A stretch of 64,000 nucleotides of DNA from Gekko japonicus (lineage: Eukaryota). The notes beneath the pieces are model-generated. The model did no database searches, was not told where the DNA came from, and was given only the letters and a program-made list of their open reading frames with translations. Both the position numbers and the translations under genes were made by a program. Position 1 is the stretch's first letter; each line of letters opens with the position of its first letter. Positions 34,336-48,300 of the stretch are shown here, in pieces. Where the stretch lies: the NCBI RefSeq assembly GCF_001447785.1, contig NW_015166441.1:569007-633006 (forward strand). The letters run 5' to 3'.

Positions 34336-34389
34336 ATGAATCAAGAAAAGCTGGCTAAACTTCAGGCTCAGGTCCGAATAGGTGGAAAG
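34336..34389 (+). CDS. BTF3L4: BTF3L4 first coding exon
   Basis: MNQEKLAKLQAQVRIGGK; acceptor ttcag ending at 34324; donor gtatga. Confidence 0.96.
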
Positions 34390-35312
34390 GTATGAATAGA
34401 GGGATATATTATTTTGCATTTACAAAGAGGCATTATCTTCCATACTTGCAGGTTTTGATGAACAATACTGTTTTCAACAGGCCTACTGTCCATTCTGATG
34501 CAGACATGCCTTATAACATGCCTGTACCCAGCATAGTCACAATAAATGTCCCATCAATTGAGATCTTCGTCTGAGAGCCTTCTCCAGGAAGGGGGGGTGC
34601 TTTTGGAGGTTAAAGAAGTGGCTGTCAGAGCAGACATTTCCTGTGGTGGTGCTCTGGTTGATAATTCCCTGCCGAGGAAGATGTGCCTGGAACCATCTTC
34701 ATTATCTTTTAAGTTAAAGGCATTTTGTTTTCCCTAGTCTTTAATGGTAAGTGATGTTCATCTGGGTGATTTCCCCCCCCCCCTTGGTAATCTTATAATA
34801 ATATGATGATATTGTCTTTAATCATGTGACTTTGTAAGCTATGAAGGCTGTTTTAGAGGAAAGGTGAGATGCAATTTTTAAAAATAAATACGACACATTA
34901 TAATAGTTTTAGGCAACCTTTCAGTCTTACCTTTTCATGTTCTGCTTAAAAAGTAGATGGCAAAAATGGAATTGGTAGTGTAGCTGTCCTAACAGCTGTA
35001 GATACATTGAGACATGTGATCATTCATCTTCACTTGGCCTCCATTCTCTCACATGGAACGTTTGGTGCAATGAAGCCATCCTGTCAGTTATTGAACATGA
35101 TAGGCAGCACTGGTGACCTGCAGTTCCCTTTTCCTTCATGTAAATTGGATGCAGTTAGAAAATCTGTTGCTATATAGTCTTACTAAATCCCATACCACAA
35201 TAAATATGTTTATCTTTAAGATGCCACAGGATTGTTATACTATTTGATAAGCAGATGGGACAGACTTACTCATTTAAAGTGATGCTAATTTTTCTCATGT
35301 TGTTTGTTTCAG

Positions 35313-35426
35313 GGTACAGCTCGTAGAAAGAAGAAGGTAGTTCATAGAACAGCAACAGCTGACGACAAAAAGCTTCAAAGTTCCCTCAAAAAGTTGGCAG
35401 TAAACAATATCGCTGGCATTGAAGAG
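35313..35426 (+). CDS. BTF3L4: BTF3L4 coding exon 2
   Basis: [38 protein letters not shown]; 114 bp. Confidence 0.96.
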
Positions 35427-38154
35427 GTACATCAATGTAAACCATTTCCCAAAAGCTTTGTTCTTTGATTTATGTAGCAATCAAATTCAGTGCTTCATTT
35501 TATTTTAAATACAGAATAGGGTTATCCAAATGGTCTCCTGTTAGTCCCTCCCCCCAGCTGTTTTATCTGGCCCGCTCTTAGCAATTCTAGTGATATTTAA
35601 TCAAAGTGCGGTACAAACTTTGCTGATAGATACACTTATAATTAAAAATGTTTTTAAGTATTGTAGGGTTGGTCCAAGGTGTTACCAAGTCATGAACCAC
35701 TTTGAAAGGTTGAGCTGGACAAGATTCAGGGGATGCATTGTTGGCAGAGAAAAAAAAGTTTGCTAATATTGTTACCACCTCATAGGCCTGAAAATGCTAT
35801 GTCTGTTTCATCCTGAGCCTTCCACTAATGTTGCTCTAGTCATCTTCCAGTCTGCTTCATGCCACCGTGGTGGAGAGACCCAGTGGGATGTACTGGTTAG
35901 AGTGTGTAAGATCTGGGAGGCCCAGGTTTGATCCCTCACTGTGCCATGGAGACTTTCTGGGTGACTTTGGGCCAGTCACAAACTCTCAAACTAACCTACT
36001 TGACAAGGTTGTTGTTAGGATAAAATGGAGGAGAGGATCGTGATGTAAGCTGCTTTGGATCCCCACTGGGGAGAAAGGTGGTGTATAAATGAAGTAAGCA
36101 AATTTTATTTACTGTGTTATTTATTCCGTGGTTTACCAGGGAGTTTGAGGGCATATGAGAATGTGGGAAAGGCTGTCAAGGAGCAATCCTGTTTATGGTC
36201 TCAATCAGCCCATAATTGCATGCAGCTACGGGGCCTCCACAGTGAGCAGAGGGCTCTCAAAATCCCCCAGATCCTCTTGGAAACTGACAGGATCAATTAA
36301 TTTGTGAGGATGGACCATTCAGCTCATTCACAACTCCTGTGGAGAGGAGGCAGCAAGTTCAGCTGTGCCTTCAACAAGGGTAGAACCTGCAGTCCCTCTA
36401 ATGACATCACTAGCAAGCTGCCTAGTACAGAAAAGAAGTTCTGGCATATGTCCTTTTTATGTTTGGGGCCCCATACAGCCTGAGGCAGCTCCATGGTAGG
36501 TGAAGGATGCCAGTTGTGCCAAGCTGATGACATCAAATTCAGCCACCCAGATTAGTCAAGCAACCCAGCTCCACCTGTTCCTCATACCACTGTTAAAGGT
36601 ATCTTATTTTTCATGGACCTGGTATTGCACAACATCAGGGTCAAAGGACTTGCATATGGAACTCTAAAAATCCAATGGCCATTAAATACTAACATTTTTA
36701 TGTCAGATTGTGTAAGATTCAGATAGGGAGTTTGAATATTTTATGTCAGTAAGGTTTATACAGCTGCAAAAAAATCACTTGTCGCACAGAAGACAGTAAG
36801 AAACTCATGTAGGAACATGATTTTGAGAGACAGACAATAATTTAGATACAGACCAATGTTGGGGATGCTCAGCATAATTACTTGGGAGCAAGTTACTTTG
36901 TAACAACTGTACACTTCCTTCCTAAGAGTAATTGTTATACATTAAAATAACTGAATATCTGCATGAAGCTCTGAATGTAGGAATGGAGAGTAATCATCCA
37001 CTCTGCTTGGTAATTTACAGTGCCATCCTAAGCAGGCTTACTTAGAATTCTATCAAAGTCTATTTAAACAGGGCTTACTACAAGGGAAGTGTTCTCAACA
37101 TTGCACTTTTACTGAGCAGCTCCAAGCAAAATTACACTGAGCCTACTGACTTCAATGTACTTAGAAGGATGTTATGTCTGTTTAAGATTAAACTTTCAAG
37201 CAGTTGCTTATATCAGCTGTTGGAAAAAACTGAAAAGCTGCTTACCCTGCTGGATCATGTCTGTTGCTGAACTAAAATTTGGCTCACACCAGAGGAGTAT
37301 GTGATACTAGTGCCCTCTATTAAGATCAGGGTGTGCCAGAGTAGTAGTACAGGTCGCTTTGACATTGTGGTGCTTTGTGTTCAGGCAGTGCAGTAAAGAG
37401 ACATTCTACCAGATTTGATTGCAACCTAAAATAATAGCCAAATTACACAACTTAAACCAACCTGCTTTGGTGGGGAGGGCAAGGTATAAATCAAATAAAT
37501 AAATTCGAAATTAGTTCAAAACTTGGATGTGTTCCCTCCCACTGAATTCTAATTTTGCAAATGGTGAAAATTCTTTGTTAAATCTGTTTTTTTCACAGAG
37601 TGGGGAGGTGAGAAAGGTCCACTTTGTGTTTGCAAGACTTTGCTATAAAGCATGGAGGTTTTTCTGACATTTTCCAAAATAGGTAGTATTCATTAAAAAT
37701 TATAGGGATCAAGATTTTGTGTTGTGTGCTATGCATTGTTCAACTAATGCAAGGAGTACTTCCTTTGGCATGAGATTTCTACCTACTCCCCCTTCACCAA
37801 CCCCCCAGGTGAAGGATTTTAGTGAGCACAGCAGGCTGCAGCAGGAAGGGGGACATAGGGAAGTTTAATTACATGAGGGCTGGGATTAAGAGACAGTCCT
37901 TTGCTTAAATTTTTAACTGTGATAAAATCATCTGCAGCTTCGATTATGTGTTAAACTGGATACTGATTGCATTGAAAAATCTTATATTCATAGTTTATCT
38001 GTATATTTTGTGCATTTAACAATAATATATATAAATTCCATTTATTTTGATTTTATATGAATGCTCACTGTTCCAAAATTAATCTTTGATAGTACTTTTG
38101 GTTATGCTAATTCATTTGGGAGTTATGAGTACTAATAGATCTATGTTTAAACAG

Positions 38155-38356
38155 GTGAATATGATAAAAGATGATGGAACAGTTATTCATTTCAACAACC
38201 CTAAGGTCCAAGCTTCACTCTCTGCAAACACATTTGCAATTACTGGTCATGCTGAAGCCAAACCGATCACAGAAATGCTACCTGGCATCTTAAGCCAGCT
38301 GGGTGCAGACAGCTTAACAAGTCTCAGAAAGTTAGCTGAACAGTTCCCAAGGCAAG
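38155..38356 (+). CDS. BTF3L4: BTF3L4 coding exon 3 (NAC domain)
   Basis: [67 protein letters not shown]; 202 bp. Confidence 0.97.
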
Positions 38357-39035
38357 GTAGGTACCTTTGTTTGAGAACACGGACCACTGCAGATCTTGAA
38401 ACACATAATTTCTGTTGTTTATTTAATAAATTCATTTCTTGGTTTAATAGACACATTTGGCTTTGTAAATTTACTTCTGTCACATACCTAGAGTTTCAAA
38501 TAATATAGAGCAGCTAAAACTAAAGTCAAGACTTATGTCAATATTACCCTAACTTGGCAAGAACTCTCTGGGTGCCTTGTTTTGTGTTTTCATTTGTTAT
38601 GTCATTGATGTAAGCACCATCATCCTAATCCAAATTCACAACCACAGCCTTATTTGTTAAATGTTTATTTCATATGGTCCTCTTGCTGTTTCCCCACTTA
38701 AAGTAGCCCAGGTGGCATCAAACAGAGTCCCTGACTCCTCCGTTCTAGTGGAATAGTCTGCTTGAGGAGATGTGTGGTTGCTGTCTTTAGGACTTTTCAG
38801 AGATGCTGTGAAGTTACTTTATTTGCCAAGGCTTTTATAATTGTACAGACTTTGGTGACTTGCCAAAGCCTGCTCAGCAAACTGGACTTATTTATTGATT
38901 ATTTTATTATTCCGACTTTAAACTTAAGTCCTCTGTATCTGTTTTACATTAGGGATTTGCATTTGGAAATAAAACAAAATCCAGTCTGAAATTCCTCAAT
39001 TATTTAAGATAACTAAAATGCCTTGATTATTTAAT

Positions 39036-39985
39036 TCCAGGTGGTCAGCTGTGTTGGTCTGAAGCAGTAGTGCAAAATTAGACTCCAGTGGCACCTTTAA
39101 GACCAACAAAGGTTTATTCAAGGTATGAGCTTTTGTGTGCAGGGCACACTTTTTCAAATACATTGGAATGGTGTGTAAGGTTCACACTTATAGACAGGGA
39201 AATTAAAATGTCCAAATAGCAGATAAATGTCCAAAGGTGTCTTTTCTAATCGTGGGAAGCAAACCAAGAATATCCATTCTGTCCTCCCAGGTGTGAAGAT
39301 GACTTAACAGCACTTTTTGAGGTGGATGCAGGGTCTTTTCTGAAAAAGAAAAACACTAAATAAATCAGTAGCTGTTTTATTACAAAGGAACTTTTAAGAA
39401 CAGAACGGAAAGGGAAATTGCTGAATTATAAGTTATTACAACAATTGGAACAAAAACCTCCCCAGGACTCAACAGGGATATTGGTTTCTTATCTCATTAC
39501 ACATACCAACTCATTCAGTCCTCATATATGTATTCTCAACAAGGACTATAAATCCTCTGTATTTTAGTGTTTTTCCTTTTTTGAATAGTATATTAGAATA
39601 CCGAATGTAATGACAGGAATATTGGGATGTTTTGCTGACATGACCCTGCATCCACCTCAAAAAGTACTAATGTCATCTTCATGCCTGGGAGGACAGAATG
39701 GAGATTCTCGGTTTGCTTCCTACAATTAGAAGAGACACCTTTGGACATTTATCTGCTAGTTGGACATATTTATTGCTTTATAGCTGTTGACCTTATAACT
39801 TTAGATTGTTATTTTGGACTTTGCATATTTTAAACATCATCATGTTACATGTTAATTTCCCTGTCTATAAGTTTGAACCTTACACACCATTCCACTGTAT
39901 TTGAAAAAGCGTGCCTTGAACATGAAAGCTCATACCTTGAATAATCCTTTGTTGGTCTTAAAGGTGCCACTGGACTCTAATTTTG
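39036..39985 (+). mobile_element. Truncated Penelope-like element with inverted pseudo-LTR and endonuclease C-terminal remnant
   Basis: Arms ~39073-39335 and ~39642-39985; middle translates VAVLLQRNFKNRTEREIAEL*VITTIGTKTSPGLNRDIGFLSHYT (PLE GIY-YIG C-terminus); TSD ttgattatttaat; left tail; decayed hammerhead motifs. Confidence 0.85.
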
Positions 39986-40475
39986 ATTATTTAATGTAAC
40001 TTAACTGGTCACTAAAACTAATGACATTTGTTAACCTCCCTGAATTTTTGACACCTCACTGTCTACTTTTCAGTTTCACAAGCCAAGTATAGGAAGCAGG
40101 AGAAGCAACAAGGGGAGAAGGTGACTCTATATAATCTAGATGACACAGTTACCTTCCAACCAGAACAGTTAGCAGATGTTCCCACCATTCGTACTGGTTT
40201 GGGGGATGTGGGCTTTCTTGATTCTGTATAAGCTGTGGACTAGTTGCTTGCTCCATTGTAGTACAGTGCTGCCTACTCAGAGGCAAGTGTTTTGCTTGTA
40301 CTCTTTGAAGGCCTTCCTCCTGTATGTTAGCGATCAGCAAGGATCAGATTTGAGATCACTATTTCAGCTTTGTAGTTTCCTAATACAAATCTCACCACAC
40401 CCATCCCCTGCTGCTGTTAACCCAATAAGGTAAAAAGGCTGCAACCACAAATAATAGAAGTGAGATGGGGAGCTG

Positions 40476-40685
40476 TCTTTTTAAAACAAAAGGAGAGCGC
40501 ATGAAAAAGAAAATATCTCATTATTGCTCTCTCCCATGCCTTATTCCAGTGTTTGAAACATTTTTCTCTCGATCCTGCTCACTTCCAGGATTGGAGAAAA
40601 ATGTTTCAAACACCAGTAATGTTTGAGATGGAGTGGGGTTTAACTCCCCTTTATCCTCATGTTCTGATTTTGTTTAAAAACAGAC
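40476..40685. repeat. Palindromic MITE-like element
   Basis: Core tgtttgaaacatttttctctcgatcctg / caggattggagaaaaatgtttcaaaca; outer gtctttttaaaacaaaa / ttttgtttaaaaacagac. Confidence 0.65.
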
Positions 40686-41196
40686 ATTCATACTTACATC
40701 AAGGATCTTGGAGAAGGAGGGTAAAACTTGCACAACAATTCCGGCATAATTTGTAAGATAAAAGGAAACTTGCTGTTTGAATGAACTAGGGAAATTATTT
40801 TTTGTACTTAAAATATTTATCTGTAGATAGATATGGAAGGCCTGGGGGTGAGGAAAGCAGAATTTCTTTGGGGGGGGCATATTTCTGAGGAGGGCCTTTT
40901 CTGATAATGAAGTTTTGGGGAGCGCTGGGGAAAATGCCTGCTTTTTTGTTGCTGCTGCTTTGGAATGAATGGGATGAAAGACAAGCTTTTACTCAAAATA
41001 TATATTATGGATTTTCTTACATAAGACAGTCTACAACATTATTCCTGTATATTCATGTACAACATTTTCAAGAATATTTTTGTTTAAATACTTTTGGCAA
41101 CCATTAATATGCTATAATGTGTTTAATGATAATACATTATTCAGTGTTGTCATTGTTATACCATCCAATTATATTGGTACTCCTACGTATTGAGAC

Positions 41197-41614
41197 TAGG
41201 GGGTGGTCATGGACTGAAAAAATGGAAGTCCATGGAGGTTCGTTGTTTGTGAGGTTTATGAACCATGAACATGGACTTTCCTGTTTAACTGATCATGTAA
41301 TGGTTCATTAGGTTCATGAATGGAAGGCATTCAAAATGCCCTCCATTTGCTGAGTTGTGTGCACGCTGCTGTTGCGGCACACCTCAGGGAGTGAAGGGAA
41401 GATAATCCCCCCCTCCCCCGTTGCCTTGGGAATCCTCAGCACCAGCGTGTCTGGCCACCACCCCTATAGGGGGTGGTGGTCTGGCTCAGGGACCGCTCCC
41501 ATGGACTGCACAAACCCATGGAAAACATGGCAGTCTGTGAGAGATGTGATTGCATGGACCGAGTCCTGGTCCATGACAAAATTTGGTCCGTGAGCCAGTC
41601 CATGCCCATTCCTA
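41197..41614 (+). mobile_element. Non-autonomous hAT (Ac-like, TAGG termini)
   Basis: tagggggtggtcatggactg / cagtccatgcccattccta; 8-bp TSD attgagac. Confidence 0.8.
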
Positions 41615-42455
41615 ATTGAGACTATATTAAAGTGCTTTTGTCCACATAATACACTTTCTCTTGTTTACTGTAGAATTTATTTTGTACCTTCAACTCCCCC
41701 CCCCCCACCTCTCAGATAACAAAAACTAAACGCCTTGTCTTATAGTAGTGTAGGGTGCATCAGTTTGCAACTCTTTCTCAAGTATTTTCTTATAAAAAAA
41801 CAAAGACATTTATACTTTAAAATTCATAAATGTGCCAAATAGTACAATTTTCTCTGCTAACTAAGATTTAAATGTTGCATTTTAGGTATATCACTGAAAG
41901 AAGCTTAAGTTTAGAAGCAGTGTCATTTCAGTTTTCCAAAGATTTCTTCATTTTTTTCTGGAAAGCCATTATTTATTTTTTAAAAACATTTCTCTGCTAC
42001 CTTTTCACTCAAATAGGGACTGCAAGGCTGCGAGCATTAAAAGGTGAAGACATTAACACAGCATTTAAAATATGTGTATATAAAATATTTTAAAAATTCA
42101 GTAAATCATAGAAACACACAAAACAACTTTCACCATGGAGGAGGGCCAATAACAGTTAGTGTGGGAAATGACAAGCAAAACAAAAAGCCTTCATCCACTG
42201 GCAGAAGACAATGATAGAATTTTTTTCTTATGTCTTCAAAATTTCTGGGAATTTTACATCTCTACTTTTAGTGTGTTTAAAGTACCACATAGATAATTAA
42301 ATCCTGGGCTGTTTTGTATTTGCGTTGGAATGGAACTATTTAATTGGGCAGCACAGCAAGAGCTGCAATATTTTTATATTGTCATTTTATTCTTTTGGAA
42401 CATATAGTAGAATTACAGGTTGTAAACTTCATAATGGTCCCTGCAGAAATAGGTG

Positions 42456-42565
42456 TTAGTCTGGTACAATTTTGGTCTCAGATTATCCCACAAATAGAGC
42501 TTCCTTGTTTAAATATGGAGACTCTATTTATGGGATAATCTGAGGCCAAAATGGTACCAAACTAA
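42456..42565. repeat. ~110-bp hairpin palindrome
   Basis: ttagtctggtacaattttggtctcagattatcccacaaatagag / ctctatttatgggataatctgaggccaaaatggtaccaaactaa. Confidence 0.8.
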
Positions 42566-43121
42566 TATTCTCCCCTTTTGACATTCTGATGGGCTAATGC
42601 CAAGCATGAATATCATATCCAGTTAGACCAAATTATGCACTTCTATTTACCAGCCAGGCATCACCCAAAGATCAGTGGGAACCTTAGCCCGTTCCCAGTG
42701 CTGATCAACAAGGATTGTTTAGGCTATCCATGCCGGTGTGAGATGGAAGCTGTAACTGCTGCTAAACAGATCGAAGTGCCTGGGAATGGGGCACTATGTT
42801 GACCACTTAGTGGTTATAGCTGCTACCTTATGCCTGTGCAGGTTTAGACTACCCATCAGAGTGATAAAAACCTGCAGGAAGAAATGCCTCCTGTGTAAGG
42901 GGACTGAATTAACATTAGGTGCCTTTGTATGAGCGGAAGTAGGGAAGTTGGTGGTTTTCCCATGCAAGTTGCATCTTCTGATACTACATCTACAGTGTCC
43001 TTGAGTAGCAGCTTTCCAGAAGACTGTAGAAGACAGGAAAAGTCTGTTCATGAGTGAAGCTCTGCTTACATCCAACCCAGTGCTTCCTAGTGCTTTGCCA
43101 CTTTTGTGTAACAATCTGCCT

Positions 43122-43687
43122 CTTTGAGTCCAGGGGCACGCTTAAGACGAACAAAGTTTTATTCTGGGTATAATCTTTTATGTGCATGTATACTTCTTCA
43201 GATACATTGAAGCATGTGTGCACATGAAAGCTTAAAGGTAAAGGTTCCCTTGCTCGAAAGCCAGTCGAATCCGACTCTAGGGTTGCGGTGCTCATCTCTG
43301 TTTCAAAGCCGAAGAGCCAGCGCTGTCCGAAGACGTTTCCGTGGTCATGTGGCCGGCATGACTAAACACCAAGGCGCACGGAACGCTGTTACCTTCCCAC
43401 TGAAGTGGTACCTATTTATCTACTTGCAATTTCTTGCTTTCGAACTGCTAGGTTGGCAGGAGCTAGAACTAGAGATGGGAGCTCACTCCATCATGCGGAA
43501 CCCGGGTCTCGAACTGCTGAACTACTGACCTTCCACAGCCTGCAGTTCAGCGTCTTAACCACTTGAGCCACCGCAGCTCCAACATGAAAGCTTACACCCA
43601 GAATTAAACTTTGTTGGTCTTAAAGGTGCCCCTGGACTCTAACTTTGGTCTGCTGCTTCAAACCAACATGGCTGACCACCCAAATCT
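43122..43687. mobile_element. Penelope-like inverted pair interrupted by a Sauria SINE
   Basis: gagtccaggggcacgcttaagac...cttcttcagataca and gaaagctta...ttggtcttaaaggtgcccctggactc...accaacatggctgacc. Confidence 0.75.
43235..43581 (-). mobile_element. Sauria SINE, full length
   Basis: (ACCTTT)n tail, tRNA-like head ggagctgcggtggctcaagtggttaag; 13-bp TSD acatgaaagctta; near-identical to 56962-57311. Confidence 0.9.
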
Positions 43688-43820
43688 ATCTGCTTTTTTG
43701 CAAGTTTGCCCTTATGTGTTGTACTATAAACCATAATCTTTTCTTCTGGGTGGTCTCTTCTTTTGTAATGAAATAATTCTGTTAATTCCACATATCGATT
43801 AAAATAATTTTATTTTACAG

Positions 43821-43880
43821 TGTTGGATAGTAAAGTACCAAAATCAGAAGATATTGATGAAGAAGACGATGACGTTCCGG
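43821..43880 (+). CDS. BTF3L4: BTF3L4 coding exon 4
   Basis: (V)LDSKVPKSEDIDEEDDDVP; 60 bp; AG/GT boundaries. Confidence 0.96.
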
Positions 43881-44958
43881 GTAGGATTCTTTCACTTAAC
43901 CTAGATAGCATGGAAGCTGCTTGAAATTGCATTCATATGGCACCTTATGTTGAGCTGTTCATATCCAGAAGCATACCATGCAGATTAGCCCCTACTATAG
44001 TGTGCCTGTGCAAAACATTGATGTTGCTGGTTTGAAGTATTGTGGGGGAAATTATCTGCAGGAAATAACTGACAATTTTTGTCAATCACTTTAGTCAAGA
44101 ATTTGTACTCTAGTCCTCATAAATTGATGTTTAATGTAAACCATTGATTCCCTGTCAGAATTATCCTTTAAGAACAAGGAAAGTCTGGGAGCAATGGTAT
44201 TGAAGTAATCATTAGAACTGGCTGCTAATGATTGTATTTGTTAGAAAATCTTTAATTATTCAGAGATGTTGGATTTTGTTGGATGTAGAAGTAAGTGGTT
44301 GGTTCACTGTTGAGCCATTGAGCCCATTCACACAAACACACTGTAGCTGGAATGTTTTTCAGATAACGTCCCAAATTGCCATGTATTTTGTACATTGTTG
44401 GTGAACAAGTAGTGGATTTTGGAAACATGGGATCCTATCAGAAGGATCAACACTTGCGAGAGGACGGGCAATTCCCCAGTCCTGCAGCAATTTGCCAACT
44501 CCTCCTTCATGTTGCTCCTGGGAGTCCCCTGCCCCTCTGGACTACTATTTTAGGTCGTGGGGAAGTCATGTTCCATTCTCAGAAATTAGATGGATCCAAG
44601 CCACATAGTATTTGCTAATCGCTGTGGAGAAATGTGTGGTTGCTAAATTGAAGTGGTTAGGTCAGTTTTGTGGAATAGCTGAACATAGTCTGCCTAATAA
44701 ATGTCCCATTGTCAGATGCCAATAATTGAGAGGCTATGACTGTGTTCCAGTGCTGCCATGGTATAACTGCTGGTTATAAAGCCATCAATTAATGTTAGGC
44801 ACTAATAAACAAAATGATTTTTTAATAATTATACTTTTGAATAAAAATAATCATGCAGGGATTATATTCATGATATTATAGGCTTCAAAGAGAAATATTA
44901 TTAAATATGTTGATTTGGCTGGTGAATGCTAACTGTATTAAATATTTCTGTCTTTCAG

Positions 44959-45005
44959 ATCTTGTAGAAAACTTTGATGAAGCATCAAAAAATGAAGCTA
45001 ATTAA
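44959..45005 (+). CDS. BTF3L4: BTF3L4 last coding exon
   Basis: (D)LVENFDEASKNEAN*; total CDS 477 nt = 158 aa. Confidence 0.96.
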
Positions 45006-45348
45006 TTCAGTAATAGTTCTGGAAGTTGACATGGACTAGATTTAAGAAATCAGCTGTGTGGTTCCAAAGTTTTACAGAAACAGCGAACATTACCCGTTTA
45101 ATAGTACAATAATATAAAATACTTTGTATTTTAATTATGCTGTTTGTTCAGCATTTCCTGTCAGTTGATTTTTGCATTTTGCACTTACACCCAGGATCAA
45201 CCTTTTTGGTAAAAAAGAAAAAAAAGATTTTCAGTACAGATTAAAGGAGATATGCATGTGTGTGGATGTATGTATGTGGCTTTACGTGCAGTGAAAGGGA
45301 AATTGGAGAACAGTTCTATTTGACTTTCCCCTCTCCCTCTAAAGCTGA

Positions 45349-45354
45349 AATAAA
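45349..45354 (+). terminator. Candidate BTF3L4 polyadenylation signal
   Basis: AATAAA ~345 nt after the stop, with U-rich sequence downstream. Confidence 0.45.
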
Positions 45355-48300
45355 AGAAGTCTTTAACTTGGTTAAAGTAATTTTTCTTATTCCAATCAGA
45401 CAGTTCACATAAGTAGTGAAAAGTGAGTCTTTCTTGTCCACATTTCATGAACTCCAGATATTGCTTATTAATTGAGTTTAATTTCCTGTGTTAACAATTG
45501 TATTTGCAAATGTTTTTCTGTTCCATATTGACAGTGTATACATAAGGCTTCCCTTCGGCCTCCTTTTGATTTTAAATTGTACCAAAGACAGGATATTAAC
45601 AAGCCTGTTTGTTGCAACATTTAAATATATATATATATACTTAAATTCTTTTTTTTTCCTTTTTAAAGTGTTGCTGTTATTTACCCTTAATACTGAACTT
45701 AAATTGCATTCATATATTAGGGAAAACCCACTTTCTCTTAGATAAAGCACCACCATGAAATCCTGCCTCTTTGACCTGAGTGAGTGCCACCCCTGCACCT
45801 GTGTCGTGACTTCTCTTAATCTCTGTAAGAGATCATTGTCATGCTTGTACAGTGTTGCTAGGAAAAGGCCGCAATACCAGTAACTGATTAAAAAATTGCA
45901 GTCAGCTTCTACTCGCTGAAAATCGTGTGCATGTTAAAGCATAGTGCTGGATCCTACTACCTTGTGGATTGGATCCTGCAATCTGTCAGCAGAATCTGCT
46001 GAGACTGTGGATTTTCCCAGCATTCTTCCTGCCTCCCTGACCTTGGGAAATTTTTCCTAGGGTCATGGGATCCACATGGACAAGCACATGGGTGGGGAGG
46101 GGGCCTGCAGTGTGAAAGAGGAGGGGGTGAAATGCTTTCTGCCTCTTCGGTTAGGTGAGAGGGCACCTTCACCCCCTTTCCCCTCCCCATTGTATCCTCC
46201 CAGGCTGAATGGCTTTTATAAATTTTCATAGCATCAGACAGGACTGCTTGGGGGCAGGGAACACAGGAAAGATCCATGATCCCTGTTTGATGCTTGATAT
46301 AATTAGCCATATTTCAAGTTGAGCACTCTTCAGAGTGCTGAATACTGGTTGATTCGTTTTATCTCAGCTCAGCAAACAGCTTGTTTTCCTTTTGACCTGT
46401 GGATACATTTTCCAGCAGTATTTCACTTTTGAGAGTAGTACACTGTCAAGTGTGCTCAGATGTTCACTATGAAATAGTGCATCATTCTGCACAGTTGGAT
46501 CAGTTTGCTAAAAGACGTAACAAATCTAATATGTTAATGAATCTCCTGAGAGCTTGTGAACTGCCGTCTTATTCCAGGATGCCAGTATCTAGTAGAGTAA
46601 TCTGGGAAATAAAATGAACAAGGAAAAGGCAGTTGGTTGTTGCTTCCACTGCCTTAAGAGGCTTACAGTGCAGCCCTATGCACAGTTACTCCTGTCTGAA
46701 CTTTCAGTCAAAGACTTCAGTGGGTTTTGACTAGAGCAAATATGCATAGGATTGCATTGTTAGGACATAAATTGTGAGGATTATATTTTATTTTACTTGC
46801 AACTGCTCCAAGTTGGATATAATGGTTACAGTCACACTTAAATATAGAAGCTGTGCTCTCCTATACAGAGGATACTGATAGTGTCACAGGGTCCGCTGCA
46901 GTATTTTCAGAACCTTCCTTCAAAATGCTCAATGTGATGCTCTTCTCAGAGGTTCTTCAAAGGTGCTTGATGTAATTTTTGTAATTGAGCGTCATTGCTA
47001 ACTTTGTCATGGGCAATTATGGCTTGGGAAAGTCATCCTCATTTGGCTTCCTTCTGAAACATATCCGCTTTCTCTGTAGATATGTACACCCATTGACTAA
47101 ATGTGAGGCTATCAATATGTCAGCATTCTAGTGACATCAATCTGAACCACGAAAGCAGAGCTTGTAGTGGTTTGTCATCTGGACTGCTCACTTGATTTTA
47201 TAGACTTGTTCAGTTTTCTTGTTCTATTTTATATAATACATGGATCTTAATAAAATAATGGAAAAGAGGCAATGCTCCCTCTTGTGTGTCGTTTCCTTCT
47301 CCCCAAAATACTGAGAGAGAACAAAATGTGAATACAGGTGATGCTTTAACCAGCAATACACTTGTAATGCTACTTTTTTGACAGAAGTAGGGAGCAGGGT
47401 AAATGTTCTACCAAATCAAAACCTAGAATTTCTGTAATCCCACATTGTTCTATTAATCCCAGTTTTCTTTTAGATTTCAGGGCAAGCATTTGGGAATGTT
47501 TTTCTTTTCCATACTGCTAAAACTACTCAAATGTCAGCTTGTTTAATGAGGGTTTATTCCTTTTCTGTTCATCCATTCAAATGCTAGACACACTGCTTCA
47601 GCATGAGACATCAAACTAACATTTACTAATACTTTTGCCGAGAGCTTGCATTGATTAATAAAATTAGCAGACATGAATTAGGTTTGAAAACCATTCTCTA
47701 AAAGATGGGGAAGGCAGTTTTTACTGGTAGCCCCCTTCACCTCCATGCTGTTCCTGGTAGTCCACAGATAGGGGGCATAGAAGACTGCAGCAGGAAGGGA
47801 CAGGCACAAAAGTTACCATTTCGGTAGCATAGCTTTGCTTACAATGCTTAAAATTCAGGTTGTACCTAAAAAAACACAAAAACCTTCATTTCCTGTCTAA
47901 TAAGTCTAAAATTAGTTACTTCAAGATACCGAAGGATAGGAATCTGAATCAATACAATTGTTTACAAAACACTTCCCAAAATTCCAGATATGAATTTTTC
48001 ATTTGTCAATTCATTTGTAACTTTACACTTGGAAATTAACAAGCTAACTTGCATCGTCGTGTGTATTTTCCTGTATGCAAAGAACTGGTGACCACTTTTG
48101 ATTCCAGTATGATAGCTTACAGAAATCCATTCAACTGTTGGTAACTGAATGTATTTAAATCATTTTTAGCCCATGCCTAAAAAAGATACAAGGTGGGTTA
48201 CAATTACTTTTAAAATACACCAGAAGAAAACAATAGAGACCTATATAGAGCAGAGATTTAAACAACTTCAGATAATCGAAAAACCTTTTATCTGCTGGAA

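Noticed and set aside
38086-38508. 140-aa single-exon ORF
   Set aside because: It is a BTF3L4 exon with intronic read-through; canonical splice sites delimit 38155-38356
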